64,000 nucleotides of DNA from Patescibacteria group bacterium (GTDB lineage: Bacteria; Patescibacteriota; Patescibacteriia; Patescibacteriales; UBA12465), in assembly GCA_028687275.1 (NCBI GenBank), contig JAQUAK010000002.1:70102-134101 (forward strand). Direction: 5' to 3'. Below the pieces are notes generated by a model that saw nothing but the letters and a program-made list of their open reading frames with translations, was not told where the DNA came from and did not search any database. Each line of letters opens with the position of its first letter. Positions within the stretch are counted from its first letter, which is position 1. A program made the position numbers and the translations under genes. Positions 53,011 through 63,689 of the stretch are shown here, one piece after another.

Positions 53011-53673
53011 TTATAAATCATCAACGAGCTGTACTACTCTGTGTCGGATGTTTTTAATATCAGTGGAATTAAAGTTTATAGGCTGGCCAATATTAATAAC
53101 AATATTTTGCCCTCCTCTAATTTTATGCCACTTAAAACCGATACTAATTGGCATCACTTTGTCCATGCCGTATAATCTAATTGGAATAATTGTTGGATTT
53201 AAATCAGCAATTATTTTTGCAGGACCATAACGACAAGTACCAATAGATTCATCACGACTACGGGTTCCGGCGAAGTATAAAAGCAAGTTACTGTTATTAA
53301 GAATCTTTTTAAAATCGATAATATTTTTATCGATAGTTTGCATGCTACCACCGCGGTAGGCAGGGATAATTTTTAGAAAATAACAAAAGATTCTTCTACT
53401 GGGTTTCTTAAAGAAGTTTTCCCAGGCAGCCGCATTCCAGGGAATATAAGAAAACCTTTTAATGATGTCCCACGGTCTAAATAGGGCGTAAGCTATCACC
53501 AGTGAGTCTATTAGACTTTGGTGATTAGAGAGAAACAGTATGCCGGTGCTCTGAGGAATGTTTTCCTTGCCATTTATTGTTAGTTTATTTCTAACCTTAA
53601 ATAGCCACCAAGCAATTAGCCAGAATGAAAAAAGAAAAACAGCGCTAATCAAATTTTTGATGAGTTTTTTCAT
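53011..53673 (-). CDS. plsC: 1-acyl-sn-glycerol-3-phosphate acyltransferase
   Basis: NHQSLIDS (HX4D) and FAGTRSR motifs. N-terminal TM anchor. Confidence 0.8.
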   Translation of the reverse strand: MKKLIKNLISAVFLFSFWLIAWWLFKVRNKLTINGKENIPQSTGILFLSNHQSLIDSLVIAYALFRPWDIIKRFSYIPWNAAAWENFFKKPSRRIFCYFLKIIPAYRGGSMQTIDKNIIDFKKILNNSNLLLYFAGTRSRDESIGTCRYGPAKIIADLNPTIIPIRLYGMDKVMPISIGFKWHKIRGGQNIVINIGQPINFNSTDIKNIRHRVVQLVDDL

Positions 53674-53837
53674 GATTGATATGTTTTTAAGGTTCTAATA
53701 ATAGTTTAACTGCTAATACATAGCTTGGCAAATTAATAATTATATTTTGCTAATATTAATGGATCATGAGCGATGTATTATTAATTTTATTGAAAACAAG
53801 ATATAATGTTAATAGATGATAAAAATTAAGTTGAATT

Positions 53838-54560
53838 ATGAAGAAAGTACTTAAATATAAAAAAACAGCATTTATTATTTCAATTATAATTTTTGCCATT
53901 GCTGTGGGCATACCGTTAATTGTGAAAGGTGGAGTATTTGGGATTTCCGAAGAAATATTAGAAGTGTTTCTTTTATTTTTTTTGCTGCTCGGCTCTTATT
54001 CACTAAACCTTCTCTATTTAAAAGAGGTAGGGCGTTTACGTCGTTACCAAGTTAACTTGGAGGACCGTTTGCAAGACACTTTTAAATATATTGGTTCGGT
54101 TAACTTGCAAATGGAGGAGATGAGGAAGGCCTTTGCTAATTTCAAAAAATACCCAGAAAGCAAAAAAGATATTAGAACTGTATTTGTTTATTTTTCAGAA
54201 AAAATATTAAGCATGATTAACGCTGATTGGGTAATTTTAAGAATTATTGATACAAAAAATGAACACACAGTGCGGGAAGATAAATTTGTTCGTCATCAAA
54301 ATGGCAACTCAGTTTTAAAGATTGAAAATAAAGATATTTTATCTGGCAAGAAACGTTTAAACGACTGTACGATTATTAGTTCAGATCAAGACAATCTAAA
54401 TATTAAAACAGCTTGTATTTTACCACTTAAGTTAGAAAATCGTGATCAGGAATTTTTTATTCGTTCAATGATTAATCAATTAGAAATGTTGTTTGTTGTC
54501 TTTTCGTCGTTAAGTGATAGTAAGCAGCCAAATACAAGAAAGCTAAGTTTTAAAAAATAA
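53838..54560 (+). CDS. hypothetical membrane protein
   Basis: Two N-terminal TM helices and a ~170 aa cytoplasmic domain of unknown type. Confidence 0.4.
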   Translation: MKKVLKYKKTAFIISIIIFAIAVGIPLIVKGGVFGISEEILEVFLLFFLLLGSYSLNLLYLKEVGRLRRYQVNLEDRLQDTFKYIGSVNLQMEEMRKAFANFKKYPESKKDIRTVFVYFSEKILSMINADWVILRIIDTKNEHTVREDKFVRHQNGNSVLKIENKDILSGKKRLNDCTIISSDQDNLNIKTACILPLKLENRDQEFFIRSMINQLEMLFVVFSSLSDSKQPNTRKLSFKK

Positions 54561-54570
54561 TTTTAAGTTT

Positions 54571-54828
54571 ATGGTAAGAGCAAAAAATAATGAAGATAAG
54601 TTTGAAGAGTTTAAGTTAAATGGATATGAACTCGTTAATAAGATTAAGGAATTAATTAAGGCTGGCAATATTCGTAGAATAATAATTAAAAACGAAAAAG
54701 GCAAGGTGATGATGGAAATCCCGGTAACGGTGGCCGTAATCGGAGCTGTTTTTGCTCCTGTTTTAGCGGCTATTGGTGCTTTGGCCGCCCTATTAAATAA
54801 ATGTAGCTTGGTAGTAGAAAAGAAGTAG
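54571..54828 (+). CDS. DUF4342-like small protein
   Basis: IRRIIIKNEKGKVMMEIPVTVAVIGAVFAPVLAAIGALAALL matches the DUF4342 pattern as I recall it. Confidence 0.45.
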   Translation: MVRAKNNEDKFEEFKLNGYELVNKIKELIKAGNIRRIIIKNEKGKVMMEIPVTVAVIGAVFAPVLAAIGALAALLNKCSLVVEKK

Positions 54829-54896
54829 GATTAATTATTTTTTTATAAAAAAAGAGAATTTTCATTCTCTTTTTTTTGTTGCTTATTAATTTTTAT

Positions 54897-56267
54897 TTAG
54901 GCTGATTTAATTAGATTTAAAACTTCGTCACGTTTTTCAATCATTACTTTCTCATCATTAGCTTCTAAATTCAAACGGACCTTATCTTCAGTGTTAGAGG
55001 CTCTTACATTAAACCAGTATTCAGGATAAGTAACACTGACGCCATCTAAAGTTTTTATATCAGTGTCAGTGTAAGTGTTTTTTATTCTATCAAGGACCTT
55101 GTCTTTGTCTGCTACCGAAAGGTTTATCTCTCCAGAGTGGCTATAACGTCTGTAGGGTTTAATAAATTCAGCTACACTAGAATCTTGTGCGGAGAATAAT
55201 TCTAGTAAACGTCCAATCATTATTATTGGCATTTCAAAGCAGCCAATTTCTAGATTAAGAAAAAAGTGTCCAGAAGACTCCCCGGCAAAGTAGGCATCTT
55301 CAGCTAGCATTTGTTCTTTAATTAAAGAGTGTCCAACTCGACTAGGAATAGCTACTCCGCCAGCCTCTTCAATCAAATCAACAGTTATTTTACCTGGTCG
55401 GACATCGTAACAAATTTTGCTATGAGGTTTATCTTTTAGAAATATTTGGGCAAGTAGACCTCGAATAATAGCTGGGTCAATTAATTGACCTAAATTATCC
55501 AAAAAGAAAACACGGTCACCGTCGCCGTCGGTGGCAATGCCCAAGTCAGCGCCATTTTTTATAATAGTTTCTGATAACTGCCTAATATTTTCTGGTTTTA
55601 GGGGGTCGGCTTCGTGAGCGGGAAAATTACCATCTAAATCTAAATTTATCCCCTCCAGTTTAATCGGTAAGTTTTGGGCTAATAACTTCAGATATTGTGC
55701 GCCCATACCATTAGCGGCGTCAGCTACAACATATAAAGGTTTAATTTTATCTTTATGAATAAAATTTAGGTCATGCATTAATTGGTCCTCAGCCCCTGTT
55801 GATAAAAGTGCGGAATTAGTTTTAATGTTTTGATTTAAAATACTACTATCTATATGCTCTTTTAACCATTCAATGCCAGTCTCGCCGCTAACGGGCAAGC
55901 TCTTAGCTCTTACCAATTTAAAACCGTTCCATTCTTTAGGGTTGTGAGAAGCTGAGACCATGATGCCGCCATCAGCTACTTGTTTAGAAACGCTGAAATA
56001 AAAGGCAGGAGTTGATAATAGGCCAGCATCGATAACCTCGGCTCCAGCAGCTTGGAGTCCAGAAATTAAGCTCATACTAACTGCTGGTGAACTTAAGCGC
56101 ATATCACGCGCTACTAGAATTTTTAAAGTTTTTCCGGCCACATAATCCTGATCATGCTTACGTAGGGACACAAAAGCTTTTCCAAGTTGATAGGCAAAAT
56201 CGAGATCAAAATCTTTATTAAAAATTCCTCTGATATCGTAGGCCTTAAATATATTAGGATTAAACAT
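54897..56267 (-). CDS. phosphomannomutase/phosphoglucomutase
   Basis: Active-site GIMVSASHNP, metal loop TDGDGDR, sugar loop GESSGH. Confidence 0.9.
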   Translation of the reverse strand: MFNPNIFKAYDIRGIFNKDFDLDFAYQLGKAFVSLRKHDQDYVAGKTLKILVARDMRLSSPAVSMSLISGLQAAGAEVIDAGLLSTPAFYFSVSKQVADGGIMVSASHNPKEWNGFKLVRAKSLPVSGETGIEWLKEHIDSSILNQNIKTNSALLSTGAEDQLMHDLNFIHKDKIKPLYVVADAANGMGAQYLKLLAQNLPIKLEGINLDLDGNFPAHEADPLKPENIRQLSETIIKNGADLGIATDGDGDRVFFLDNLGQLIDPAIIRGLLAQIFLKDKPHSKICYDVRPGKITVDLIEEAGGVAIPSRVGHSLIKEQMLAEDAYFAGESSGHFFLNLEIGCFEMPIIMIGRLLELFSAQDSSVAEFIKPYRRYSHSGEINLSVADKDKVLDRIKNTYTDTDIKTLDGVSVTYPEYWFNVRASNTEDKVRLNLEANDEKVMIEKRDEVLNLIKSA

Positions 56268-57396
56268 AAGAATTTATTTTTTTAAAGTATATTAAAATTG
56301 CTCCTAGGCCGAAGCTACTAGCTACAAAAGAAATAAGCCAACCAAGATAAGGGATCACACAGAGCGACCATAAAATAATTACACCAACAATTAGGGCTAG
56401 AGTAAAGTTTTGTTTATTTTTACTGAATTTATCAAGTAAATATTTACCTACCAAGATGGCAATAATAATTTTACCAAGACATAAAAGAGTAATCCAAAAA
56501 ATAACCAAAATTAAAGCCAGGGGCATGCCAATAATTGAAAAGGTTAAAATAATAGCCACTAAAGGTACGATTAAAGAGGTTAAAAGCCCCCAAGTTAGAC
56601 TTTTATTTATATTTTCTTTTAGACTTTTACTAAGATTAATTAAGTGTTTTTTTCCTAAGGTGCTTAATACTAAGCCAATAACAAGTACCGCAAAAATTTT
56701 ATAAATAAATGACCAGACTTTTCGAGTAGTATCTTTTTTATCAGTATTTTCTTTTTTTATTGATTCGGTTTTTCCAGTAATATTTGCTTGTTCCGATATA
56801 TTTAAATAACTTCCTTCACTGTATAAAAAATCACCGTTGATATTAGCCTCTGGGCTAATCGTAATTTTCTGAGCTTGGCTACTGTGACTAAAGTTAAAGT
56901 TTTTGCCAATTTTTCCTGCGAGACTAATACTATCGCTGCTACCATCGACATTGCCTTTAATAGTCCCCTTAATATCCGTATTTAAAGCCCCTGTTACTAA
57001 GTCCCAATTAATTTGAGCATTTTTTTCAATATTCAAATTATTGCCAACAAAATTTACGTTACGGGCGATAGAGCCATTTATAGTAGCCGTGTTGCTGATT
57101 GAGCGAAGATTGCCGTTAATTTCGCCATTAACAACAATTGTCTGCGCCAAGGCAATTAAATCACCATCTAGACGCCCATTAATTGTAATGGTTTTAGCTA
57201 AAGCAATTAAATCACCATTAATATCTCCATCAACTATAATATTATTACTGGCGGTGTATAAATTACCATCAATTGTTTCTCCTTGCGGAATATATAAATT
57301 TTCACTAGACTTGAGTTCCGCAGCCGAGACGCTTATTGGTATAATAAATAATCCAAGAAGAAAAGTGGCCATGAATAATTTGACGATTTTAGTCAT
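56260..57396 (-). CDS. bactofilin-repeat (beta-helical) protein with signal peptide and C-terminal multi-TM anchor
   Basis: Signal peptide ending SVSA. Repeats DGDINGDLIALAKTITINGRLDGDLIALAQTIVVNGEINGNL. Four to five C-terminal TM helices. Confidence 0.5.
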   Translation of the reverse strand: MTKIVKLFMATFLLGLFIIPISVSAAELKSSENLYIPQGETIDGNLYTASNNIIVDGDINGDLIALAKTITINGRLDGDLIALAQTIVVNGEINGNLRSISNTATINGSIARNVNFVGNNLNIEKNAQINWDLVTGALNTDIKGTIKGNVDGSSDSISLAGKIGKNFNFSHSSQAQKITISPEANINGDFLYSEGSYLNISEQANITGKTESIKKENTDKKDTTRKVWSFIYKIFAVLVIGLVLSTLGKKHLINLSKSLKENINKSLTWGLLTSLIVPLVAIILTFSIIGMPLALILVIFWITLLCLGKIIIAILVGKYLLDKFSKNKQNFTLALIVGVIILWSLCVIPYLGWLISFVASSFGLGAILIYFKKINSYV

Positions 57397-57451
57397 AAAA
57401 ATAAATTTTTAAATATTTGCTATAATAATATGGATATTATATCCTAAATGT

Positions 57452-59041
57452 ATGCTGGAAGCAATTAAAGAGCTAATTGAAAATGCGCCAAAGTTGATAC
57501 ATAATCGTGACGAACTTTCTGCCTTTAAGAGAGAGTTAAGTAAAAAATACAAGATATCATCTTTAGCCAACGCCGTTATTATTAAAGAGTATAAGCGTCT
57601 ATTAAGTCTGAATAAAATTGAGGCTAATTTTGATTTAGAATTACTTTTACGCAAACGATCTATCCGGACTTTATCTGGAATCGCGCCTGTGGCCGTTTTG
57701 ACTAAATCTTATCCTTGTCCGGGGAATTGTGCTTATTGTCCCAGACAAAAAGACGTGCCAGTTAGTTATTTGTCTAATGAGCCCGCTGTGATGAGAGCTA
57801 TTCGTTGTGATTATCATCCCTACACTCAAGTAAGTTCTCGTTTACGCGCTTTAGAAGACAATGGTCATCGTCCGGAAAAAATTGAAGTTATCGTTATTGG
57901 TGGTACTTGGAGTTATCTGCCAACGAAATATAAGTACTGGTATATTTTAAATTGTTTTAAGGCTGCTAATGAATATAAGGCTAAGGGTGGTTTACGTAAA
58001 TCTCCTTATAAGCAGAATTTAAAATTAGCAGAATTAAAGGAGTTGTTATTAAAAGAGCAGAAGAAAAATGAAAGTTCATCTTACCGTATTATTGGCTTAA
58101 CCTTAGAAACAAGGCCAGACTATATTAATAATAAAGAAGTTGAGGAGATGAGAGCTCTGGGTTGTACGCGTGTGGAAATTGGCGTTCAAGCGCTTAGTGA
58201 TGAGATTTTAAAGCTTAATAAAAGAGGGCATGGAGTAAAAGAGGTGGCTGAGGCTACGGCTTTATTAAAAAAATATGGTTTCAAAATTACTTATCATTTA
58301 ATGCCAGCTCTGCCCGGGGCAAGTCCTAAAAAAGATTTACAGATGTTTAAGCAGTTATTTACCGATGAACGTTTTCAACCTGATCAAATTAAATTTTATC
58401 CAACAGTTGTGACTGAGGGGAGCTTGCTTTATAAATGGTATAAACAGGGCAAGTATAAACCTTATAGTGATAAAGTTTTGCAAAATTTAATCGCTCAGTG
58501 TAAGGCAGTGGTGCCTGAGTATGTACGAATTATTCGTTTAATTCGTGACATCCCCGCCGAATCAATTGTTGCTGGTAATAAAATTACGAATTTACGTCAA
58601 ATTTTACAGCAGCGAGGAATTAAATGTTCTTGCATTCGTTGTCGTGAAGCTAAAGAGCTGACAATGACTAAATACAAAATCAATATTATTAGTTATGAAG
58701 CTTCTGGTGGGCTCGAATATTTTATTAGTGCTGATAGTCTTGATCATAAAATTTTGTATGGATTTTGTCGCTTACGTTTAGATAAGAATAGTCCGATTTC
58801 GCCTGCAATAATTAGAGAATTACATGTCTACGGGGAATTAATGCCAGTCGGTAGTGGCTCAAAAGTTCAGCATCGTGGTCTAGGCAAAGAATTAATGAAT
58901 AAGGCAGAACAGATAGTTAAACAAGAAAAGGCTGAGAAGTTAGCTATTATTTCTGGGGTTGGTGTTCGTGGATATTACCGTAAAATTGGCTATAAGCTTG
59001 CTAATACTTACATGATTAAAAAAATGGTTTATAATAAATAG
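57452..59041 (+). CDS. elp3: Elp3-family radical-SAM / GNAT acetyltransferase (tRNA U34 modification)
   Basis: Radical SAM CPGNCAYCP, the Elp3-typical GGTWS and LETRPDYI motifs, and a C-terminal GNAT with QHRGLGKELM. Confidence 0.85.
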   Translation: MLEAIKELIENAPKLIHNRDELSAFKRELSKKYKISSLANAVIIKEYKRLLSLNKIEANFDLELLLRKRSIRTLSGIAPVAVLTKSYPCPGNCAYCPRQKDVPVSYLSNEPAVMRAIRCDYHPYTQVSSRLRALEDNGHRPEKIEVIVIGGTWSYLPTKYKYWYILNCFKAANEYKAKGGLRKSPYKQNLKLAELKELLLKEQKKNESSSYRIIGLTLETRPDYINNKEVEEMRALGCTRVEIGVQALSDEILKLNKRGHGVKEVAEATALLKKYGFKITYHLMPALPGASPKKDLQMFKQLFTDERFQPDQIKFYPTVVTEGSLLYKWYKQGKYKPYSDKVLQNLIAQCKAVVPEYVRIIRLIRDIPAESIVAGNKITNLRQILQQRGIKCSCIRCREAKELTMTKYKINIISYEASGGLEYFISADSLDHKILYGFCRLRLDKNSPISPAIIRELHVYGELMPVGSGSKVQHRGLGKELMNKAEQIVKQEKAEKLAIISGVGVRGYYRKIGYKLANTYMIKKMVYNK

Positions 59042-59112
59042 TAATGTATTAAATTTATGATATAGCATAGTTTTTAGTAAATATTAATTAACGTCAGATA
59101 AAATTAAAATAT

Positions 59113-60360
59113 ATGCAAAATTTAAATTTAAACCAAGTTGACCCTAAAGTTGCCGACATTATTAAACGTGAAGCTGAACGTCAAAGTAATGAAATAGAAT
59201 TAATTGCTTCAGAAAATTATACTTCGCCTGCGGTGCGCACCGCTCTGGGGTCAATATTAACTAATAAATACAGTGAAGGCTATCCAACTAAACGTTATTA
59301 TGGAGGTAATGCTATTATTGACGAAGTAGAAATTTTAGCTATCGAGAGAGCTAAGGAATTATTTTCGGCTGAGCACGTTAATGTCCAGGCACTTTCTGGT
59401 TCTCCGGCTAATGCCGCTGTCTACATGGCTTTTCTAGAGCCAGGAGATAAGGTTTTAGGTTTAAGACTAGATCACGGCGGGCATCTTTCTCATGGTCACA
59501 AAGTTAATTTTTCTGGACGCTTATATAACTTTGTTCAATATGGAGTTGATGAGAAAACAGGAATTATTGACATGGAGGAGGTTAGAAAAATTGCTTTAGA
59601 AGAAAGACCAAAAATGATTGTAGCAGGTTTTAGTGCCTATTCTAGAGAAATAGATTGGGCTAAGTTTAAAGAAATTGCCGATGAAGTTGGTGCCTATACT
59701 TTTGCTGATATTGCTCATATTGCTGGCTTGATTGCTGGCAAACAGTTAGTCAACCCTGTTCCAATTTTTGATGTTATTTCTACTACTACTCATAAGACTT
59801 TAAGGGGGCCAAGAGGAGCAATTATAATGTGTAAGGAGAAATATGCTAAACAGATTGATCGAGCGGTTTTCCCAGGCATGCAAGGAGGGCCTCATGATAA
59901 TGTTACTGCGGCTAAGGCTGTCGCTTTTGCTGAGGCCCTAAAGCCAGAATTTCAAGAGTACAGTCGACAAATTATTATTAATGCCAAAGCTTTGTCTGAT
60001 AATTTGTTAAGGAGGGGTTACGGGGTTGTTTCTGGGGGAACGGATAACCATTTATTAGTGCTTGATTTAAGTGTTTTAGATATTGGCGGTAAAGAGGCCG
60101 AACAAGCGCTTGAGGCAGTTGGTATATCAGTTTCTCGATCAACTATTCCCAACGACCCTAAACCACCTTTAAATCCCTCTGGTATTCGTCTGGGAACACC
60201 CGCCGTAACTACTAGAGGAATGAAAGAAGGGGAAATGGAAAAAATAGCTGATTTTATAGATAGATCTTTAAAGGCAAGGTTGGATATGGTGGAATTAGCA
60301 AATATTAAGAATGAAGTAAAAAATCTATGTCATCTCTTCCCTCTTTTTCCCAGTAATTAA
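59113..60360 (+). CDS. glyA: serine hydroxymethyltransferase
   Basis: LIASENYTSPAV, and the PLP-lysine region TTTHKTLRGPRG. Confidence 0.95.
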   Translation: MQNLNLNQVDPKVADIIKREAERQSNEIELIASENYTSPAVRTALGSILTNKYSEGYPTKRYYGGNAIIDEVEILAIERAKELFSAEHVNVQALSGSPANAAVYMAFLEPGDKVLGLRLDHGGHLSHGHKVNFSGRLYNFVQYGVDEKTGIIDMEEVRKIALEERPKMIVAGFSAYSREIDWAKFKEIADEVGAYTFADIAHIAGLIAGKQLVNPVPIFDVISTTTHKTLRGPRGAIIMCKEKYAKQIDRAVFPGMQGGPHDNVTAAKAVAFAEALKPEFQEYSRQIIINAKALSDNLLRRGYGVVSGGTDNHLLVLDLSVLDIGGKEAEQALEAVGISVSRSTIPNDPKPPLNPSGIRLGTPAVTTRGMKEGEMEKIADFIDRSLKARLDMVELANIKNEVKNLCHLFPLFPSN

Positions 60361-60377
60361 TTTATTTTAGATTTAAT

Positions 60378-61178
60378 ATGTTAAAACTTATTAACGGTAA
60401 AGCAATTGCTGATCGTATTAAGGATAAAGTTGCTCAGCAAATTAATGCTTTAAAAGGACCAAGGCCAAATTTAGCTATTGTTTTAGTGGGAGAGCGTGAA
60501 GACTCTAAGCTATATGTCACTCTCAAAGAGAGAGAGGCTGTGGGAGTCGGAGTAGATACACATTTATATAAGTTAGAAGCTAGTGCCACTGAAGAAGAAA
60601 TTTTATCTGTTATTAATTTTTTAAATGATGATGAGGTGGTAGATGCTATACTAATCCAATTACCATTACCAGGTCATTTAAATACCAATAAAATCATTGA
60701 GGCTATTAGTCCGGCTAAAGATGTGGATGGTTTTCATTCCCTTCATCCTGATTTTGTAGTTTCACCAGTACTAGCCTCAGTTGAAGCTTGTTTGGATGAA
60801 ATTAAATTTTTAGCAGATAGAAAAAAGGCCTGTATCTTATATAACTCAGAAATTTTTGGCAACACTATTCGAGAGATGTTATTGAAAAGAGGTTTGGAGG
60901 TGGTAGATAGAAAAAGGATTGAGCAAGCGGACTTAGTTATTAGCGCCTTAGGCGAGCCACATAAAATTAAAAAAGAAATGATTAAGAAAGACGCAGTTTT
61001 AATTGATATCGGTATCACTAAATTAGAAGGAAAGGTTTTAGGTGATGTTGATTTTGAAGATGTAAAAGAAAAGGCTGCATATTTGACACCGGTGCCGGGA
61101 GGGATTGGACCAATGACGATTGCTTATTTGTTTTATAATGTTTGGCAGATATTTAAACATAAAAATAAAATTAGTTAG
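60378..61178 (+). CDS. folD: bifunctional methylenetetrahydrofolate dehydrogenase/cyclohydrolase
   Basis: [27 protein letters not shown] and [14 protein letters not shown]. Confidence 0.9.
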   Translation: MLKLINGKAIADRIKDKVAQQINALKGPRPNLAIVLVGEREDSKLYVTLKEREAVGVGVDTHLYKLEASATEEEILSVINFLNDDEVVDAILIQLPLPGHLNTNKIIEAISPAKDVDGFHSLHPDFVVSPVLASVEACLDEIKFLADRKKACILYNSEIFGNTIREMLLKRGLEVVDRKRIEQADLVISALGEPHKIKKEMIKKDAVLIDIGITKLEGKVLGDVDFEDVKEKAAYLTPVPGGIGPMTIAYLFYNVWQIFKHKNKIS

Positions 61179-61186
61179 ATTTTTTC

Positions 61187-62944
61187 ATGATAGATAAAAA
61201 GAAACAATTATTAGAATTACTTAAGATCCATTTTAATTATGGATCTTTTCGTCCTGGTCAAGAAAAGGCGATTGACTCAATTTTGGCCGGCTTAAACACA
61301 ATTACTGTTTTGCCCACTGGCGGCGGCAAATCGATGATTTTTCAATTACCCTCCTTAGTTTTAGAGGGGGTTACTTTAGTGGTCTCACCTTTAATTGCTT
61401 TAATGAAAGATCAGGTCGATTCATTAGATAGAGTTGGTATCCCGGCTACTTTTATCAACTCTTCGATCTCTTTACAAGAATTAAATGAACGTTTAGATAA
61501 GATTAGAAAATCTTATTATCGTTTAGTCTATATTGCTCCGGAGAGATTTTATAATCAATCTTTTGTTAATGAATTAAAAAAAATAAAAATTTCTTTATTT
61601 GCTATTGATGAGGCTCATTGTATTAGTCAGTGGGGTCATGATTTTCGCCCTAGTTATATTCGCTTAAAAGAGGCAATTAAATTATGCGGTTCACCGACGG
61701 TCGTTGCCCTTACCGCCACCGCCACGCCAGAGGTGAGAGAAGATATTGCTCGGCAGCTCGGTTTTAAAGATTACGAATTAGTTATTAGTGGCTTTGCTCG
61801 TCCCAATTTACAGTTAGCAGCCGTCGTGACTAGTAATAATCGTAAAATGGATTATATTTTAGATGCAATTAATAGTCAGCCTGGCGCTTCTGGTATTGTT
61901 TACGTTGGCACTAGATCCAAGGTGGATGAAATTGTGGAATATTTATCTGATAATGGTGTTTCCGCAGTCTCTTATCATGCTGGCATTGATAGTGATAGTC
62001 GTGGCTGGGTACAGGAACAATTTATGCAGGGGAAGGCGCAGGTAGTGGTGGCTACTAATGCCTTTGGGTTAGGGATTAATAAGAAGGATATTCGTTTTGT
62101 TATCCATCATGACTTGCCGGGCACTTTAGAGGCTTATTATCAAGAAGCTGGTCGAGCTGGACGTGATGGCTTAACCAGTTATTGTATATTATTCTATTCC
62201 CCATCAGATCGTTATCTGCAGGAGTTTTTTATCTCTGGAGATAATCCTAGTCCAAGTATGATTAAGGAGGTATATCAATATCTACTTGATGCTCATGCGG
62301 CGAGAGCAGAAAATGAAAATTCTATCCTAATTACCTATGCGGAAATCGGCAAGCGCTTATCAGAGTCCGCTCCAGACATGGCTATTGGTACAGTTGTTAA
62401 AATATTAGAAAAAGAAGGTTATGTTTCACGTCCAAATGAGCGCACTACTAACTCTTATATTCAATTACTTTGTTCCTGGGAGGAATTGTTAAATGGAATT
62501 AGTTCACGGGCTAAAGTTCAGTTGGCAATAGCAGAAAAACTTAAAGAAAAATATGAAGAAAAGATGTTGCAAGGTTGGCAGTTTTCTCTTGAAGAAGTCG
62601 CCATTGTCTTGCATGTTAAAAAAGATGTTCTAAATCGAGCCATTAAGAAGTTGGCCGAACAAGAACTGGTTACATATAGGCCGCCATTTAAAGGTACTGA
62701 AATTAGAATCTTAAAAATTGTTGATCCAGAGGATTTATCCTTAGATTTTAAAGCCTTAGAAATAAAGGCTGAACATGCTCGGGGCAAGCTAAACGAAATG
62801 GAGTCCTATGTTTATTCTAATACTTGTCGGCAGCAGTATATTCTAAAATATTTTGGTGAGCATGACGCTAAGACTTGTGGCTGCTGTGATAATTGTTTAA
62901 AAAAAGAAAGAATGCCTACTAAAAATTATCTTGGTGATTATTAA
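61187..62944 (+). CDS. recQ: ATP-dependent DNA helicase RecQ
   Basis: [53 protein letters not shown], and the Zn-binding CRQQ...CGCCDNC. Confidence 0.9.
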   Translation: MIDKKKQLLELLKIHFNYGSFRPGQEKAIDSILAGLNTITVLPTGGGKSMIFQLPSLVLEGVTLVVSPLIALMKDQVDSLDRVGIPATFINSSISLQELNERLDKIRKSYYRLVYIAPERFYNQSFVNELKKIKISLFAIDEAHCISQWGHDFRPSYIRLKEAIKLCGSPTVVALTATATPEVREDIARQLGFKDYELVISGFARPNLQLAAVVTSNNRKMDYILDAINSQPGASGIVYVGTRSKVDEIVEYLSDNGVSAVSYHAGIDSDSRGWVQEQFMQGKAQVVVATNAFGLGINKKDIRFVIHHDLPGTLEAYYQEAGRAGRDGLTSYCILFYSPSDRYLQEFFISGDNPSPSMIKEVYQYLLDAHAARAENENSILITYAEIGKRLSESAPDMAIGTVVKILEKEGYVSRPNERTTNSYIQLLCSWEELLNGISSRAKVQLAIAEKLKEKYEEKMLQGWQFSLEEVAIVLHVKKDVLNRAIKKLAEQELVTYRPPFKGTEIRILKIVDPEDLSLDFKALEIKAEHARGKLNEMESYVYSNTCRQQYILKYFGEHDAKTCGCCDNCLKKERMPTKNYLGDY

Positions 62945-62947
62945 TGT

Positions 62948-63637
62948 ATGAGAGATAAAACTTTAGCTAAATTAAAAGGGATTGTAGCTGAGTCATATCA
63001 ATTGACAGCAGATCATTTTAGTAATACCCGTAGTAAAATAGCGGCGTCAGACTTTATTTGGGCGGCCAGCCAAATAAAAGAAAGTGATGACGTCTTAGAT
63101 GCTGGTTGCGGTAATGGACGCTTATTGGATTATGTTAAAACAAGTCCTGATAAATATTTAGGCATTGACCAGAGTCAAGCCTTAGTTGAAAGAGCACAAC
63201 AATTACACCCAGAATATAGCTTTAAGAGTTTTGATTTAACGGAATCTGATCTTCCCTCTCAAAAATTTTCCTTAATATTTTGTTCGGCAGTCCTTAGTCA
63301 TATCCCTGGCAAGCGAGCAAGAATCAAAGTTTTGCAAGACTTGCTGTCGACCGGAAAGACTGGCTCAAGACTATTAATTAGTTTTTGGAAGATGAATGGT
63401 AAATATAAAAATAAAATATATTTAAATTTTTTGAAAAAAATTATTGGTCAGCATAGGTTTCCTGTAAGAGAGTTAGTTTTCCCTTGGAAAAATGCTCAAG
63501 GTGAAGAAATTTGTCAGCGCTATTATCATTCTTTTACTAAAAGTAGTTTTAGGAAAGAGATTAGTTTGGCTGGCTGGAAAATAGAAGAGGAAAGAGATGA
63601 TAAGCATAATTACTGGTTGATGGCTTCGAAAAAATAG
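62948..63637 (+). CDS. class I SAM-dependent methyltransferase
   Basis: Motif I VLDAGCGNGRL, then GIDQS. Confidence 0.65.
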   Translation: MRDKTLAKLKGIVAESYQLTADHFSNTRSKIAASDFIWAASQIKESDDVLDAGCGNGRLLDYVKTSPDKYLGIDQSQALVERAQQLHPEYSFKSFDLTESDLPSQKFSLIFCSAVLSHIPGKRARIKVLQDLLSTGKTGSRLLISFWKMNGKYKNKIYLNFLKKIIGQHRFPVRELVFPWKNAQGEEICQRYYHSFTKSSFRKEISLAGWKIEEERDDKHNYWLMASKK

Positions 63638-63643
63638 ATATGC

Positions 63644-63673
63644 TTGACACCCCCAGGGGGTGTATGATATAAT
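63644..63673 (+). promoter_or_regulatory. sigma70-type promoter with embedded CsoR/RcnR-type operator
   Basis: TTGACA (63644-63649), an 18-bp spacer, then TATAAT (63668-63673). The 17-bp palindrome ACACCCCCAGGGGGTGT (63647-63663) fills the spacer. Confidence 0.6.
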
Positions 63674-63689
63674 CTTTTTATTAAGATAT

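Noticed and set aside
57409-57654. 81-aa minus-strand ORF overlapping the start of elp3
   Set aside because: It is antisense to a confidently assigned gene and has a low-complexity Ser/Leu/Ile-rich sequence.
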